From contig OX597819.1 in assembly GCA_951406725.2 (NCBI GenBank), positions 89,714,001 to 89,778,000 of the forward strand: DNA of 64,000 nucleotides. The letters run 5' to 3'. This document shows, piece after piece, positions 37,311 through 50,124 of this stretch. Each line of letters opens with the position of its first letter. Position 1 is the stretch's first letter. The notes under the pieces were generated by a model. The model did no database searches. It saw nothing but the letters and a program-made list of their open reading frames with translations, and was not told where the DNA came from. The DNA is from Octopus vulgaris (Eukaryota). The translations under genes and the position numbers were made by a program.

Positions 37311-40300
37311 AACTGCTGTTCGCTTTGTCACGACGACACCCCTTACGAACCTATTGGTAGTTGAGGGACCCAAGGAAAAAGAAGACAAGTACAGGGGTAA
37401 AGCCGATAGAATCAATTCATGTACATGCCTCGTACTTATTTACTTCATAAGGATGGATGGCTAAATGAGATTTACAACTCAGACTATAGAAAAAAGGTAA
37501 GGTAAAGTTACATTCTCGAGTCATACCAGCTCATAAGGGTCGGTTTCCCGGGGTATATATTCCCCACCTGGACAGGACGCTGGTCTGTTGCAGGATTACT
37601 CACTTTTACTAGCTGAGTAGACTGGAGCAACCGGAAATGAAGTGTTTTGCTCAAGACCATAACGTGTTGCCCGATCCAGGAATCGAAACCACAATCTTAC
37701 GATCATGAGCCTAACACCGTAACCACTAAGCCACGCGCCTCCACAGATAAAAGAAGTGGTAAAGTACAAGATCGAAAGACATCTTGTTTTCTTCTTTAAA
37801 GATTAATAATCCTTCTGTATATTAAATAATTATTTGAAAAGTTAAGAAAATTTAGAGAGATGATACATGTTCATCATCGATTTTTCCAGAATATTTGATT
37901 GCAAAGCCTTTCTGGATTACTGATTTTTCCGAACCAGGGGTGGTTGCCTTGGTCAACACCGTCTAAATTAAACAAATATTAAATTTAGTGAAATAATTAA
38001 ATAAAACACAATTGCCAGAACATAAGTATAAATGATATAAGTTTATTAATACTGTACTATGCAATCTAGTTTGTGCAAGTTACCTGTAAACTAGTCTGGC
38101 AGCCACGGGAATTTGATGTTCCCGCTTGTAAACTAATGCGGATTATGAAAGGTTCTAGACCGTCAGTATCCGGAAAATCGGTGCTGATCTGCACAAAAAC
38201 CAAAAATGAAAATAAAAGAAGAAGAAAACAAAAAGAACTCAGTACATTTTCTTGTTTCGTCCTCGATTTTGATTTTCAAATTTCGCCGAAGCCTACTTTG
38301 CCTCTGATATCAGCAGAGTGTATAAAATGTCCAACTAATATATTAGTTTCGATTCATTTAACTGTTCTTTAACTTCAAAAATTATTCCTGTTCATTTTGA
38401 CTTTTTATGTCAAGTGACCTTGGGAAAAGCGTGAATAACATAATTTCCTTACATTTTAGGTTTGTACCGAAGTATGAGAGCGTTGTCTTAATCTAGTTAT
38501 AAAAATAGTTGTTTGGAGACGGGGTTTATGACATAAATTAAGACTAGTTTTCCTTTCTTAGGCTTTATTCATCATTTAACGAAATATATAGTGTTTGATA
38601 CAAACCGAAAGAGGGCCTCAAAGCGAGGTTGAATCATAATAACACAACAAATATGAGAGGCTACATCAGGTGTATAATGGTAGCTTCTTAAATTTCTGTT
38701 TCAGACGAAGTGGTTACAGTTGGATATTGAAACCAGATTGAATTTAGTGGAATTCCTATCTACCTTACAGTCACTGCTGCTTCTAGTAAGAATATTGCTT
38801 TCATTTAAGAAGATACGATGTCCTATGTACTTGAGATGTATGTTTGTGACAGTCATACATTTCCTAAAGACAGTGAAAATTAACTGCATCGATATTATAT
38901 TGCAACCAACGAAGCAAACTGGTTGCAGTTTAGGACACCAGAAGCCTTTCTCTAACTGTATGACGCTTACTACTTCAACAAGGAAAATAAATTTTTCGAT
39001 CAGACAGAAAGATTGATACACTTAAGAGAGAGAAAAACAATTGTTTTCATGCCCATCCCTTTCCTATGACATTTAATGATTCGAATACTGCAACAGGACT
39101 CCGTTCGATAGGAAGTTTTCATTTAAAGTATTGATTTTTTTTGGCAAAGTAGAAGGCCAATAGTCGATTTAATCAATCCTTATGTTTTAATCGTTATTTA
39201 TTTTATTGACATCAATAAGATTTGAACTTAAAATGTAGAGAGACAAAATTAAATACTGTAAAGTATTTTATCTGATCTTCTAAAATTTTGACTAACTTAC
39301 CGCCTTCTTTATTTAGAGAATGACCAATTAGGAACGGAAGTAGCACAATGGTGCTATTAAATATTCAAATTACAATACACTGTCTCTTTAGGTGTCAATG
39401 AATAGGTGCCATTACCACAATGTTTGAATAGATGTTAATCTAAGTGTGACATCAACTTGAATTATTAGTAGTCGTTTAGCAGATGTAACAAATACCATTT
39501 CGTTCAGATGTTTAGAAAGAAATATTGCTTGTTGAACATTAATTGAAAAGTTTCACTTTGAGAAACATCATTCACTTGCAGCAGAACTGTCTGGAACATT
39601 GAGAACAACCCGATTAATTCATGTCAGAAGCGGTAGAGAAGAAACCGTTTCTCTTCTGACGAGCAAAATAATACCTGAAGTAACAATAAATAGCTTTTGT
39701 GTTCAACTGAATATATTTGGTTTGGTTGTCAATTTTCTAACACCAAATACCTTATTATTAATTAAAATTCTGTTGACTATTTTAATTATTTTATTTCATT
39801 TATTCATTTATATATTTTTGGAAACCTAACGATATCGACAGTGGAAATTTCAGGATTCAAAAGATAAATCGCAGTATGTGATTTTCTTATTCGAATTCAG
39901 AACTTTTGTGATTATCAAATTAGATTTTCGATAGAATTGCTGAGCATTTATTTTTGCTAGTTTTCATACATTGTAAATACCAAGAAGATATTAGATTAAT
40001 GCTCTAAGACATAAACTACAAACCATAGTATTTCTTAGGTTAAAGAGTCGTATTATCTCTGACGCAATCCTTAATTAAAATGTTTTAAAAAATTCATCGA
40101 CTTAGGAAGAATCCTTTCGGCTGCATATCACGCTCTAATTTTTTCTTATCTTATTCTTTAAGATGAAGATGGTAGGTGCCAAGAGGTAAATGTAACTTTT
40201 CAACGAAACGATTCTGTAGCATAGTTTCGATTTCTAACAAGATATATTCCTTTTTACTTACGCTGCTAATACCTTTAGAATAAGCAATGATATTACATCT

Positions 40301-40986
40301 CCTTCTCATAAAAATCTCAGATTTCATGCTTACATAATGAAATTATATTTTAAAACGGCGTCATCTTCATGTTCGCTTTATGGTTATCTTTTACAAGTCT
40401 TTATATTTAGCTGTAGTTCCAATTTTATTTTACAGAGAAAATTCAACAGAAATGTAAAAATCAATATCATGTTAAGAATTTGATTCTTTTTCCTTACGAA
40501 AATCTTCATGTAATGGTAATGATAAAGCTTACACTTGCTTTCATTTCTGTCTCCTTTTAGGATATTTGAAGAGCTGTTTCTCGTCCCGAATCTCGCCCCA
40601 AGCCAGCTGAAATGTTTCTTATTACCAACATTTGTTTATGCCACAACCGTTGTTCGTTGTCACTTCTCAGTATACCACGTTAGAAAATCACCTTCCGGTC
40701 TTCTGTACAACATTTTACTTTCACATAATTCTGTTTTTAATGTTGTTTTATAAAATCATACTTTCCAATATCATATCTTTTAATAAACAAAATCCCAATC
40801 GGAAGACGGAAGAATAGAAAGGTATTTTCAGTTGAAGAGGATTTTCAAGTAAAATTTTGGAGGATTCATCAAGGATTCAACGTAGAACAAATTATATCCC
40901 TTGCATATATATATGCCATACTAATACAATTGTTTGTTTGTTTTCCACCTGCCTTCGTCTTTTGTCTATTTTCATAAAGCTTCCCG

Positions 40987-41058
<72 letters not shown>

Positions 41059-41100
41059 ATGTAGAAGGTTGAAAAGGAACACACGAGTTGATATATATAT

Positions 41101-41689
41101 ATGGAAAAAAAGTCAATGTAAAAAATGCTAAAATGATTTCATGAAAAACATTTCCGTACCGGTTTCAGTTATTGAGACTTCTTCAACTGTAAGCATGGAA
41201 AACAACTGAATTTTGGAAAAATTAAATGAAAAGATTTTTAAAAGAATATTTGCATAGTATTGAAATACAAGAGGCATTTTTCTTGTTTCTGCCTGTCTCT
41301 GTCTCTCTTCTTTACTCTTGTGGGTTCGAGGTCGTTGTGAATTCTTGGCAGAGAAGAAGAAAAAGAAGAAGGAGGAGAAGAAGAAGAAGAAGGAAGAGGA
41401 GAGGGAGGAGGATAATGCGGAGTGCTATGATAGTAGTAAGATGTTAAATGGTCAAGTGCTTTGAAAGTGACTTGTGGAAGGTAGTAGTGATTGAGATAGG
41501 CAGAAACAAAGAAAATGCCCCTTGTATTTGAATACTATGCAAATATTCTTTTTAAAAAACTTTTAATTAAATTTTTCCCAAAATTTTATTGTTTTCCATG
41601 CTTACAGTTGAAGAAGTCTCAATGAGTGAAACCGGTACTGAAATGTTTTTTATAAAATTATTTTAGCATTTTCTACCTTGACTGTTTTC

Positions 41690-41692
<3 letters not shown>
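41101..41692. repeat. About 200-bp inverted repeat (Penelope pLTR-type), each arm with a hammerhead motif
   Basis: 41101-41300 mirrors 41493-41692; flanked by (TA)n; purine-rich spacer. Confidence 0.85.
41605..41640 (+). ncRNA. Minimal hammerhead motif, core UUGAAGA (mirror copy 41154-41189, minus strand)
   Basis: CAG-UUGAAGA-AGUCUCAAUGAGU-GAAA-CCGG-UA-CUG; palindromic stem III ACCGGU; the two arms give stem II consensus AGUC-UCAAU-GACU. Confidence 0.6.
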
Positions 41693-41741
<49 letters not shown>

Positions 41742-41912
41742 GCAGTGGTGGACTGGCCAGTTTGCCAGCTTGCCCAATGGCAAGTGGGCCCCTGTGCCAT
41801 TAGAATCCATATATGGGGGCCCATCCCCTCAAGTTCCAGAATTTTTTATTCACTCCTGGAAGAATACATTATTTCAGCCTTGCTGTATTTGCAGACAATT
41901 AAAAAGAATACG

Positions 41913-41975
<63 letters not shown>

Positions 41976-41978
41976 ATA

Positions 41979-42282
41979 TGTGGAGGTGCAATGGCCCAGT
42001 GGTTAGGGCAGCGGACTCGCGGTCGCAGGATCGCGGTTTCGATTCCCAGACCGGGCGTTGTGAGTGTTTATTGAGCGAAAACACCTAAAAGCTCCACGAC
42101 GCTCCGGCAGGGGGTGGTGATCCCTGCTGTACTCTTTCACCACTCTTTCTCCCACTCTTTCTTCTGTTGGCCTGCTCGCTTAGCCAGCGGGGTGGAGTCA
42201 TTTGAAGGCTAAAATAATGCGAACGCATTGTGACCAGCGATGTATAACAACATCTGATGGTCTGGTCGGTCACATGATCACG
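41979..42282 (+). mobile_element. tRNA-derived SINE family C
   Basis: Head 'ggaggtgcaatggcccagtggttagggcagcggactcgcggtcgcaggatcgcggtttcgattcccagacc'. Related copies at 11920-12120, 60765-61125, 37500-37745(-), 31210-31470, 63430-63590. Confidence 0.85.
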
Positions 42283-42846
42283 TGGTATAGAGAGAGAGAG
42301 ATTGAGAGTGACATACATACATACATACATACAGATATACAGACAGACAGACAGAGCTAACAGATGAAAACGAGAGGATCTCTGTGTAGAAAACATTTAG
42401 TAGCACCCAAGAGATCTGAACTTATACTCTGAAATTTTAACCGAGGAATCCAAGTGAACAGATATGGAGACAATGATGCATTTAAACAGATAAAACTCCT
42501 TAGATTTGATATACAGGATATATGTTCATGTATATATGTAAATAAAGAAATGGCAAAGACCGAAAATTTCTAGATGTTAAACATTCAAATATAAATATGC
42601 ATATATTTATACTTGAATGCTTATCATCCGAAAAGTTTTCAGTCTTTGCTTCTTCAATATTTAAATGTATCCATTATATATATTCTGTACATCAAACTCA
42701 AACCCAAAGAGTTTTATCTGTTTATTTGCATCATTATCTCCATACATACATACATACATACATACATACATACATACATACATACATACATACATACATA
42801 CATACATACATACACACACACATGCACACACACATATATATATATA

Positions 42847-43191
42847 TCTGTATCTATAAAAAGCAGGATGTGTGTGTGTGTGTGTGTACGTGAATGTAAT
42901 TTATGCACGTCCACAAATTAGCACGCATGTCGCTCCAGTTTTAGGAGGACATTGGTCACGATCCTAGCTGGGTCTTGTTGACTTATTTTCCCTGAGGCAC
43001 CCGCGGATAGCAGTAAAAATCGATTTTCAACCATAACTTTTACCAATTTTGAAGTTTGCTAACATGAGTTAAGTTCTCTTCTTCGCATAGCGAAGTGAAA
43101 GTGTGTGTATGTGTGTGTGTGAGAGAGAGAGAGGGAGAGGGAGAGAGTTTGACAGCGTCTAACAAAAAATGTAAAGAGAAAGTGTGTGTGA

Positions 43192-43227
<36 letters not shown>

Positions 43228-44063
43228 ACAGCGTCTAACAAAAAAAGTAAAGAGAAAGTGTGCGTGAGGGAGAGAGAGTAAGTGACAGCGTTCATCAAAA
43301 ATAAAAATGTAAAATGTTTTTTTTTCTTAAACACGAGATATAGTCTTCAAATTAAGGATGTTTTTGAAAGACACTATATTTTATAATCAGATTATATATA
43401 CTTTCTCACACAACAATTAAAATATGTTTATTTTAAATTACTTATTTATCTATATCTATAAAAGGCAGGATGTGTGTGTGTGTGTGTGTGTGTGTGTACG
43501 TGAATGTAATTTATGCACGTCCACAAATTAGCACGCGTGTCGCTCCAATTTTATGAGGACATTGGTCACATCAATGGCTGTGTTTTTGTCAACTTATTTT
43601 TCCTGAGGCACTCGCGGATAGCGGTAAAAATCGATTTTCAACCATAACTTTCACCAATTTCCACGTTGGTGAAATCCGTAAGTTTGCTAACATGAGTTAA
43701 GTCCCCTGTCTAGCAATGGCGGAAAAGAAGAACTAAGGGTAAATTTTTAGATTAACACCTGCACGATTTTCACTAAGAATAAAAAATAATAACTCGGATT
43801 TTTTGCGTAGAATCAAGAATCCTGACCTCCTAATATGCTGCAAATCCTTTATTTTAGTTCGGAAAAAAGGAGGCCAGGGCGTGGATCCTGGAATCATTAG
43901 AATTTTTTTTTTCGTTGAATAAATTCATGTGACCTCCTAATATACTACAAAGCCCTTTTTAGGGTTCGAAAAACGGGGTGGGGTGAGGTGGAAGCCTCAG
44001 AAATTTTATCCACTCCCAACATTTTACAGAAATAATTTTCCAGAATGTGAATTACATGGTTCG

Positions 44064-44099
<36 letters not shown>

Positions 44100-44923
44100 A
44101 GCGTGCAAACCTTCTCCAATGCAGATCTTCGATGCAGATCTCCGAGGTAACCTTCTCCAATGCATATCTTCGATGCAGCTGTGACCGATAGTACTCCTAG
44201 GAAGGGTTAGAACTAGATGGGGATTATTCGCTGCCTTTTAGAGGATCGAGAGGCCTTTTGAGCATTCTATTTTCCTTGCTAGAAGGGCTCCCAACCCATG
44301 AGTCAAGTGGGGTTAGATGATGAGGGTGGTGGTTTCGAAAGGCCCGGCATGTGCAACCTGAACATCTCAGCCTATTAAACTCCCAACCCATGCGTTCCCA
44401 TCGCGACACTGATTCTGTAGAACAGGGTTGGGTGTGAAACCAACTTTAAAGTATATAGATTTTTTTGAATCAGCAATATTGTGTTCGGTTAAGTCCTGTT
44501 TGGGGTGAAAATCAATAAACTGATTCCTTATGGGGTTTTCCATTTAATCAGGAGGAAAAATCGATAAACTGATTCCTTCTAGGTTTTCCCACTAAAATTG
44601 GCTACATCCCATTTTCAACCATAACTTTTACCAATTTTGACGTATTTTGTTCAAACTTGATGCCGACGTTACTTAGGACTCGTCGGATCTTTGAATGCTT
44701 TAAGTTCTCTCCCTCCCACAAAAAAACGATCGATGAGGGGAAAAACTGATAAACCGATTCCTTATGGGGTTTCCCAATCAAATTGTCTGCAACCCATTTT
44801 CAGCCAAACGTATACCAATTTCAACGGATTTCGCTCTATTTTGACGTCGGTGTTACTTAGTATGATTTGAAACAAGGCGCTTGATTAGCTTAATAATCCT
44901 AACTTAATCCCGGGCAACTGGTA

Positions 44924-44924
<1 letters not shown>
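42847..44924 (+). mobile_element. Non-autonomous Helitron-like element with duplicated 5' segment
   Basis: Two starts 'atct(g/a)tatctataaaa.gcaggatg(tg)n' at 42847 and 43449; repeated 'ttttcaaccataactt..accaattt'; eroded 3' end 'cccgggcaac..gtagt'. Confidence 0.6.
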
Positions 44925-44971
<47 letters not shown>

Positions 44972-45054
44972 GAAAGAAGGGAACTCAACAAATTTATTGG
45001 GTGTTACATGTATGGATCAAAACAGTTTGATTAAAATTCGTTGGTACACATATA

Positions 45055-45372
45055 TCGGGCACGTGCCGTTAGTAATTACTCAGAGTAGGCAGGTGGTGAC
45101 GTTTATGTAATAACGTTGTAGGAATGTATGCAGCACGTCTACTACAGCAGTTCTATGCGTAGCTTTAATACTGAGACTGAAAGGCAGGGGCAAATTATGC
45201 CTACCTAATCTACAACAAAATATAATATTTTGTATTTTATGCATAGTAATCAGAGTAACTTTGATAATTTTATTGAACTAGGTGCATATTTTGCCATAGA
45301 AGGAAAATATCACTACCGATATATTTTATTCAGGTAGGCACTGCTTACCTTGCCTACTAAGGTGGCACGTCC

Positions 45373-45376
<4 letters not shown>
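45055..45376. mobile_element. Degenerate hAT-like MITE
   Basis: Ends 'tcgggcacgtgcc' / 'ggcacgtccctga' with internal taggca/tgccta repeats. Confidence 0.5.
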
Positions 45377-45418
<42 letters not shown>

Positions 45419-45434
45419 CATACTATATACATGA

Positions 45435-45617
45435 TAGATCGTTAGCCACTACACACATCTTTTTCTCTCCTAGTTTTTTCTGTGTCCCTTTCTGTAGAAG
45501 AGCGTAGGCTCGAAACGTAAAAGACTTTTTCTATTTCTGAGCGTTATACTATTACATCTGTTTGTTTTGTACACCACCTGTCTTCGTCTTTTGTTTTTTC
45601 CGTAAACTCTCCCTATA
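45435..45617 (+). mobile_element. Solo Penelope pLTR-like segment with hammerhead-like motif (45488-45523)
   Basis: Homologous (reverse complement) to 53565-53760. Partial copies at 40914-40989, 49130-49250(-) and 28990-29130(-). Confidence 0.7.
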
Positions 45618-45961
45618 GATATATAGATATATATATACATGTTTACGTAATATACAAACATATATAGCCAATATAAGCTGAAAACATATTTACAAAATTT
45701 TCACTAATCAGTTTCGTAACCTATGCTGAATACGCGCGTACACACGCACACACACATACACATACATATATGCATACGTATATACATATATACATACATG
45801 TACAAATTTACACATACATCATATATATACACACACATATATGTATATATCTAAGTATACATATATATGTATTTATATATACATAGATACATACATTCTC
45901 TCTCTGTTTCTGTTTCACGCACACACACACAGACACGCGCGCGCATACACACACACACACA

Positions 45962-45992
<31 letters not shown>

Positions 45993-46348
45993 GCAAAATT
46001 CAAATTGAAACGGGAATATTTTCATGACGGATTAATTGCTGAAATTTTTATTTCTCGTCGCAAACATCAAATCTTGTAAAGTTGGATATTACTAGAATAA
46101 CGTATCTTGCTAGCACTAACTGACTGAAGATTTATCTTCTGAAGATTAAGCAACGCAACAATAAAAACAGCATTAAAATATTTATGGCTCCTAATTTAAG
46201 CTGCTGGAACGGGATGACGTTCTGCAATATAAACAAGTTATACAGTTAAGGTATTATTAATACGCAGTTGGAAGCTCGTCATCGTGTTTGCTGCTCGTTT
46301 CCATCTTAAATTCATACTCACCATGATAAATATTAGGAATATTCTTCA

Positions 46349-46485
46349 TGCTAACCAACCACATGGTTCCGGGTCCAGTCCCACTGCGTGGCATCTTGGG
46401 CAAGTGTCTTCTGCTATAGCCTCGGGCCGACCAAAGCCTTGTGAACGGATTTGGTAGATGGAAACTGAAAGAAGCCTGTCGTATA

Positions 46486-46542
<57 letters not shown>

Positions 46543-47272
46543 AGATAGGGGTTGAAAATTCAACCCACACCTGCCTTATATGGCTTATAGGTTAAATGTG
46601 GCATACTTGTCCTCACGGCCGAAACAGCTGTCAGATATGATATAATTATATATTATATTTTATATTTTATATTTCTATTTCCTTGTCTAATTATATTTAC
46701 AATATATTTTGTATAATGCCTTTGCTGTTATGTAATCGTGTAATAAAGTATTGATTGGGTATCATCTGATGGTTGATGTTTGATTGATTTAAGTATGTTT
46801 CTCCATTTTCTAATTTTGTATATATATATATATATATATATACAAATTGAGATAGGGGTTGTAAATGCAACCCTCCATGGGATAACATATATCCAATATA
46901 CTGCTAGTGAAGAGGCCTTATGATATTTTTGTAAATGTCTCATTTATATCTATATATTGACCTACCATAAAGGGCTAATATTGGTAAAATGAGACATACT
47001 TATCTACATGGCCGAAACAGCTGTAAGATGTAATCTATACTTATATTTATATTTACTTATATTTATATTCTCTTTTATATATATTCTACTTATTATACAA
47101 CATTACTTTTTTATGTACACTTTTTTATGTACATTCCTTTATGTACACTGATTTGTTCTGCTTTTTATATCTAACCCTACAGTCTCTTATGTGGTGGTTT
47201 AATAAAGTATGTGATTGAGTATTATCTGGTAATTGATATTTGATTTAGATGTATTTCTCCATTTTCTTATCT

Positions 47273-47362
<90 letters not shown>

Positions 47363-47588
47363 TGTATGTGTGTGTATGTGCTTGTGTGTCTGTGTCTGTC
47401 CCCCTAGCATTGCTTGACAACCGATGCTGGTGTGTTTATGTCCCCGTCCCTTAGCGGTTCGGCAAAAGAGACCGATAGAATAAGTACTGGGCTTCCAAAG
47501 AATAAGTCCCGGGGGTCGATTTGCTCGACTAAAGGCGGTGCTTCAGCATGGCCGCAGTCAAATGACTGAAACAAGTAAAAGAGTAAAG
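46349..47588 (+). mobile_element. SINE A split by two tandem Penelope-like pLTR units in its internal (TA)n
   Basis: SINE 5' half 46349-46481 and 3' half about 47365-47588; the inserts 46541-46817 and 46849-47274 share 'gagataggggttg..aaccc', 'ggccgaaacagctgt.agat' and 'aataaagtat'. Confidence 0.75.
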
Positions 47589-48737
47589 AGAGAGAATTCT
47601 GTTTTCAGAATGTTTTGTTTTGGAAAGGACGAGATCAGTGGGATCCATTTTTTTTTTTGGGGGGGGGGGGGCAAGGATAGGAATTGAACTTGGCACTGTA
47701 AGTTAAGAAACCAATTGTCAATTTTACTACAACGTGTGCACAACAGTGAGTTTCTCTTCCCTTCCTGCTCCTCCTCTTTCTACCTCTTCTCATTCCTTCC
47801 TGCTCCCCATTCCTCTTCCTCCTTCTCCTGCTTCTACAGCACTTTCTTCCTTTTCTCTTCCCCCTCTCATCCTAGATCCTCCTCCTCCTCTCTTCCTCCC
47901 GTTCCTCTCCTCCTTTCTTCTTCTTCTTCTTCTTCTTCTTCTCCACCTCCTCCTTTTCTTCTTTCTCTTCCTCTTCCTCTCCCCCTTTTTCCTATTCTCC
48001 CGTCTTCCTCTCCTCCTCCTTCTTCCCCTTCTCCTCCTTCTTCTCCCCCCTCCGCTTCATCTTCCTCTCCTTCAAATTGTTTTTACGCTAGCTGAAAGAT
48101 CTCCTTTGTGGACATCACAATTACAGATGACAGCAGCAGTTCATTACCTGAAGCGGTTGATCCAGGCTGTTGACAGTTTGTTGTTTGTTCAACCTACACT
48201 GCAGCAACCATTTGCAGCCAGGGGCCGAACCCATTTAACTGTTAATTGTGTAGCGAGACCTGGAATTTGAACCCCGTTGTTTAAATTATTATACTAGTGC
48301 CACGAATGAAACATGCAATTATCACTATCAGTCAACTGACAAGAGATCATGCTACAAAGTCAGGACATCATCTCAAATGTTCTTGAGGTACGCGCTCTTC
48401 TCTCTAGTTATAAGCAGTTTGGCGCTAAAAATCTTAGCAGAGGTTCAGAGCAACCAGGGAACATTCATTTCACTTCTCGCTATAAATAAGACAGACCAGG
48501 ACAGAGGGTTAGCAAGATTCACAGAAAACCAAAGAATGAGCAAACACTGTTAAAGACATGTTATTTAACTCTTGCCCAAAGTAAACCAGAAATATGAGTG
48601 AATTCGGATAAACTCACATCTCGATTTTCATTCAAGATCCTGTATCGAGATTAATGATTATATTATGTAGACACTATAAAAGCCGATCCCTAAACCTTAA
48701 GTCTCTCTACAGTCAGTATATGAAAATCCATGTATAT

Positions 48738-48952
48738 ACGAGAAGGTGCTGAAAAATTTCTAGCTTTTAGGGTGTCGCAAGAGGTCTGGTTGGAGGCTCA
48801 AACTTCCGAGTTCTTTTATAGGGCTTAGGTAAATGGAAGGACCGCAGCAATAAGTGTATGAATCTGAGAGGGAAATATGCTGAATAAAATCATAACTGAT
48901 CCTCTTGTATTTTCTTTTACCCAAAGCCAGGTACTTTTCAGCACCGCTCCGT
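48738..48952. mobile_element. mariner-type MITE (also 57584-57787)
   Basis: TIRs 'gtgctgaaaa.tt.ct.gctt' / 'aaagccagg.acttttcagcac'. Confidence 0.75.
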
Positions 48953-49038
48953 GTATATATATATATGTTCATTCTATGACATCCTGTTCCCATATATGCA
49001 TATGTATATACAGATATATGTAAGTATGTAAATATATG

Positions 49039-49121
<83 letters not shown>

Positions 49122-49254
49122 CTCAAATGAACACAAAACAGGACAGAAACAGGTGTATTAGTTTGACGCTCAGGAAAAATGGAAAAGTCTTTGACGTTTC
49201 GGGCCTATGCTCTTTGACAGACAGGAATGAGGAAAAAAAAACGGAAATAAAAAG

Positions 49255-49288
<34 letters not shown>

Positions 49289-49342
49289 TGTATGTATGTA
49301 TGTATGTATGTATGTATGTATGTATGTACGTATGTATGTATG

Positions 49343-49373
<31 letters not shown>

Positions 49374-50056
49374 TGTATGTATGTATGTATGTATGTATGT
49401 ATGTATGTATCTACGTGTGTATGTATGTATGTACACACACATACACACTCACTCACACATACATGTGTACAGCCTTTCTTTAAATAAGTATATTATAAAA
49501 TATTCACGAGGTTTGTTCATGTCTACAATACACACCATGATCTTATACTGAAGATTATGACGACCATGAAAATCAACTCAACCCAACTTACGCAACAATA
49601 GTGATCCAGCACAGAGAAACTATCTTAGCGCAACATTCCATAACATTGCGATAAACGTATTAGCTACATATGTCCATGAATATAGAGGATCAAGTTAGCG
49701 GCTAAATTGTACGGCTATCCTTGACTCTATTCCTTGAAAGGTCATCGGACTGATTGGTATGGAAACCTACAGCTGGACAAGCTGTCTCCCTACTCTTCGC
49801 TTCTTCTTCTTCTTCTTCTTCTTCTTCTTCTTCTTCTTCTTCTTCTTCTTCTTCTTCTTCTTCTTCTTCTTCTTCTTCTTCTTCTTCTTCTTCTTCTCTA
49901 TAATAATAACAATAATAATAATAATAATAATAATAATAATTACAACATCGAAAATTACCCAGGATCGAAATTTTCCCAACACAACAAAAACAGTATAAAT
50001 AGCAATAATAATAATCCTTTATTAATTATTATTATGCTTTTGTTGTTGTTGTTATC

Positions 50057-50124
<68 letters not shown>

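Noticed and set aside
41979-42056. tRNA-like sequences with A/B boxes (also 11920, 60765, 14681, 36659, 35270-35349)
   Set aside because: They continue into conserved SINE bodies and tails and lack a proper acceptor stem or terminator, so they are SINE heads rather than tRNA genes.
44180-44409. TG…CA-bounded segment as a solo LTR inside the Helitron-like element
   Set aside because: The terminal inverted repeat is weak and there is no target-site duplication.
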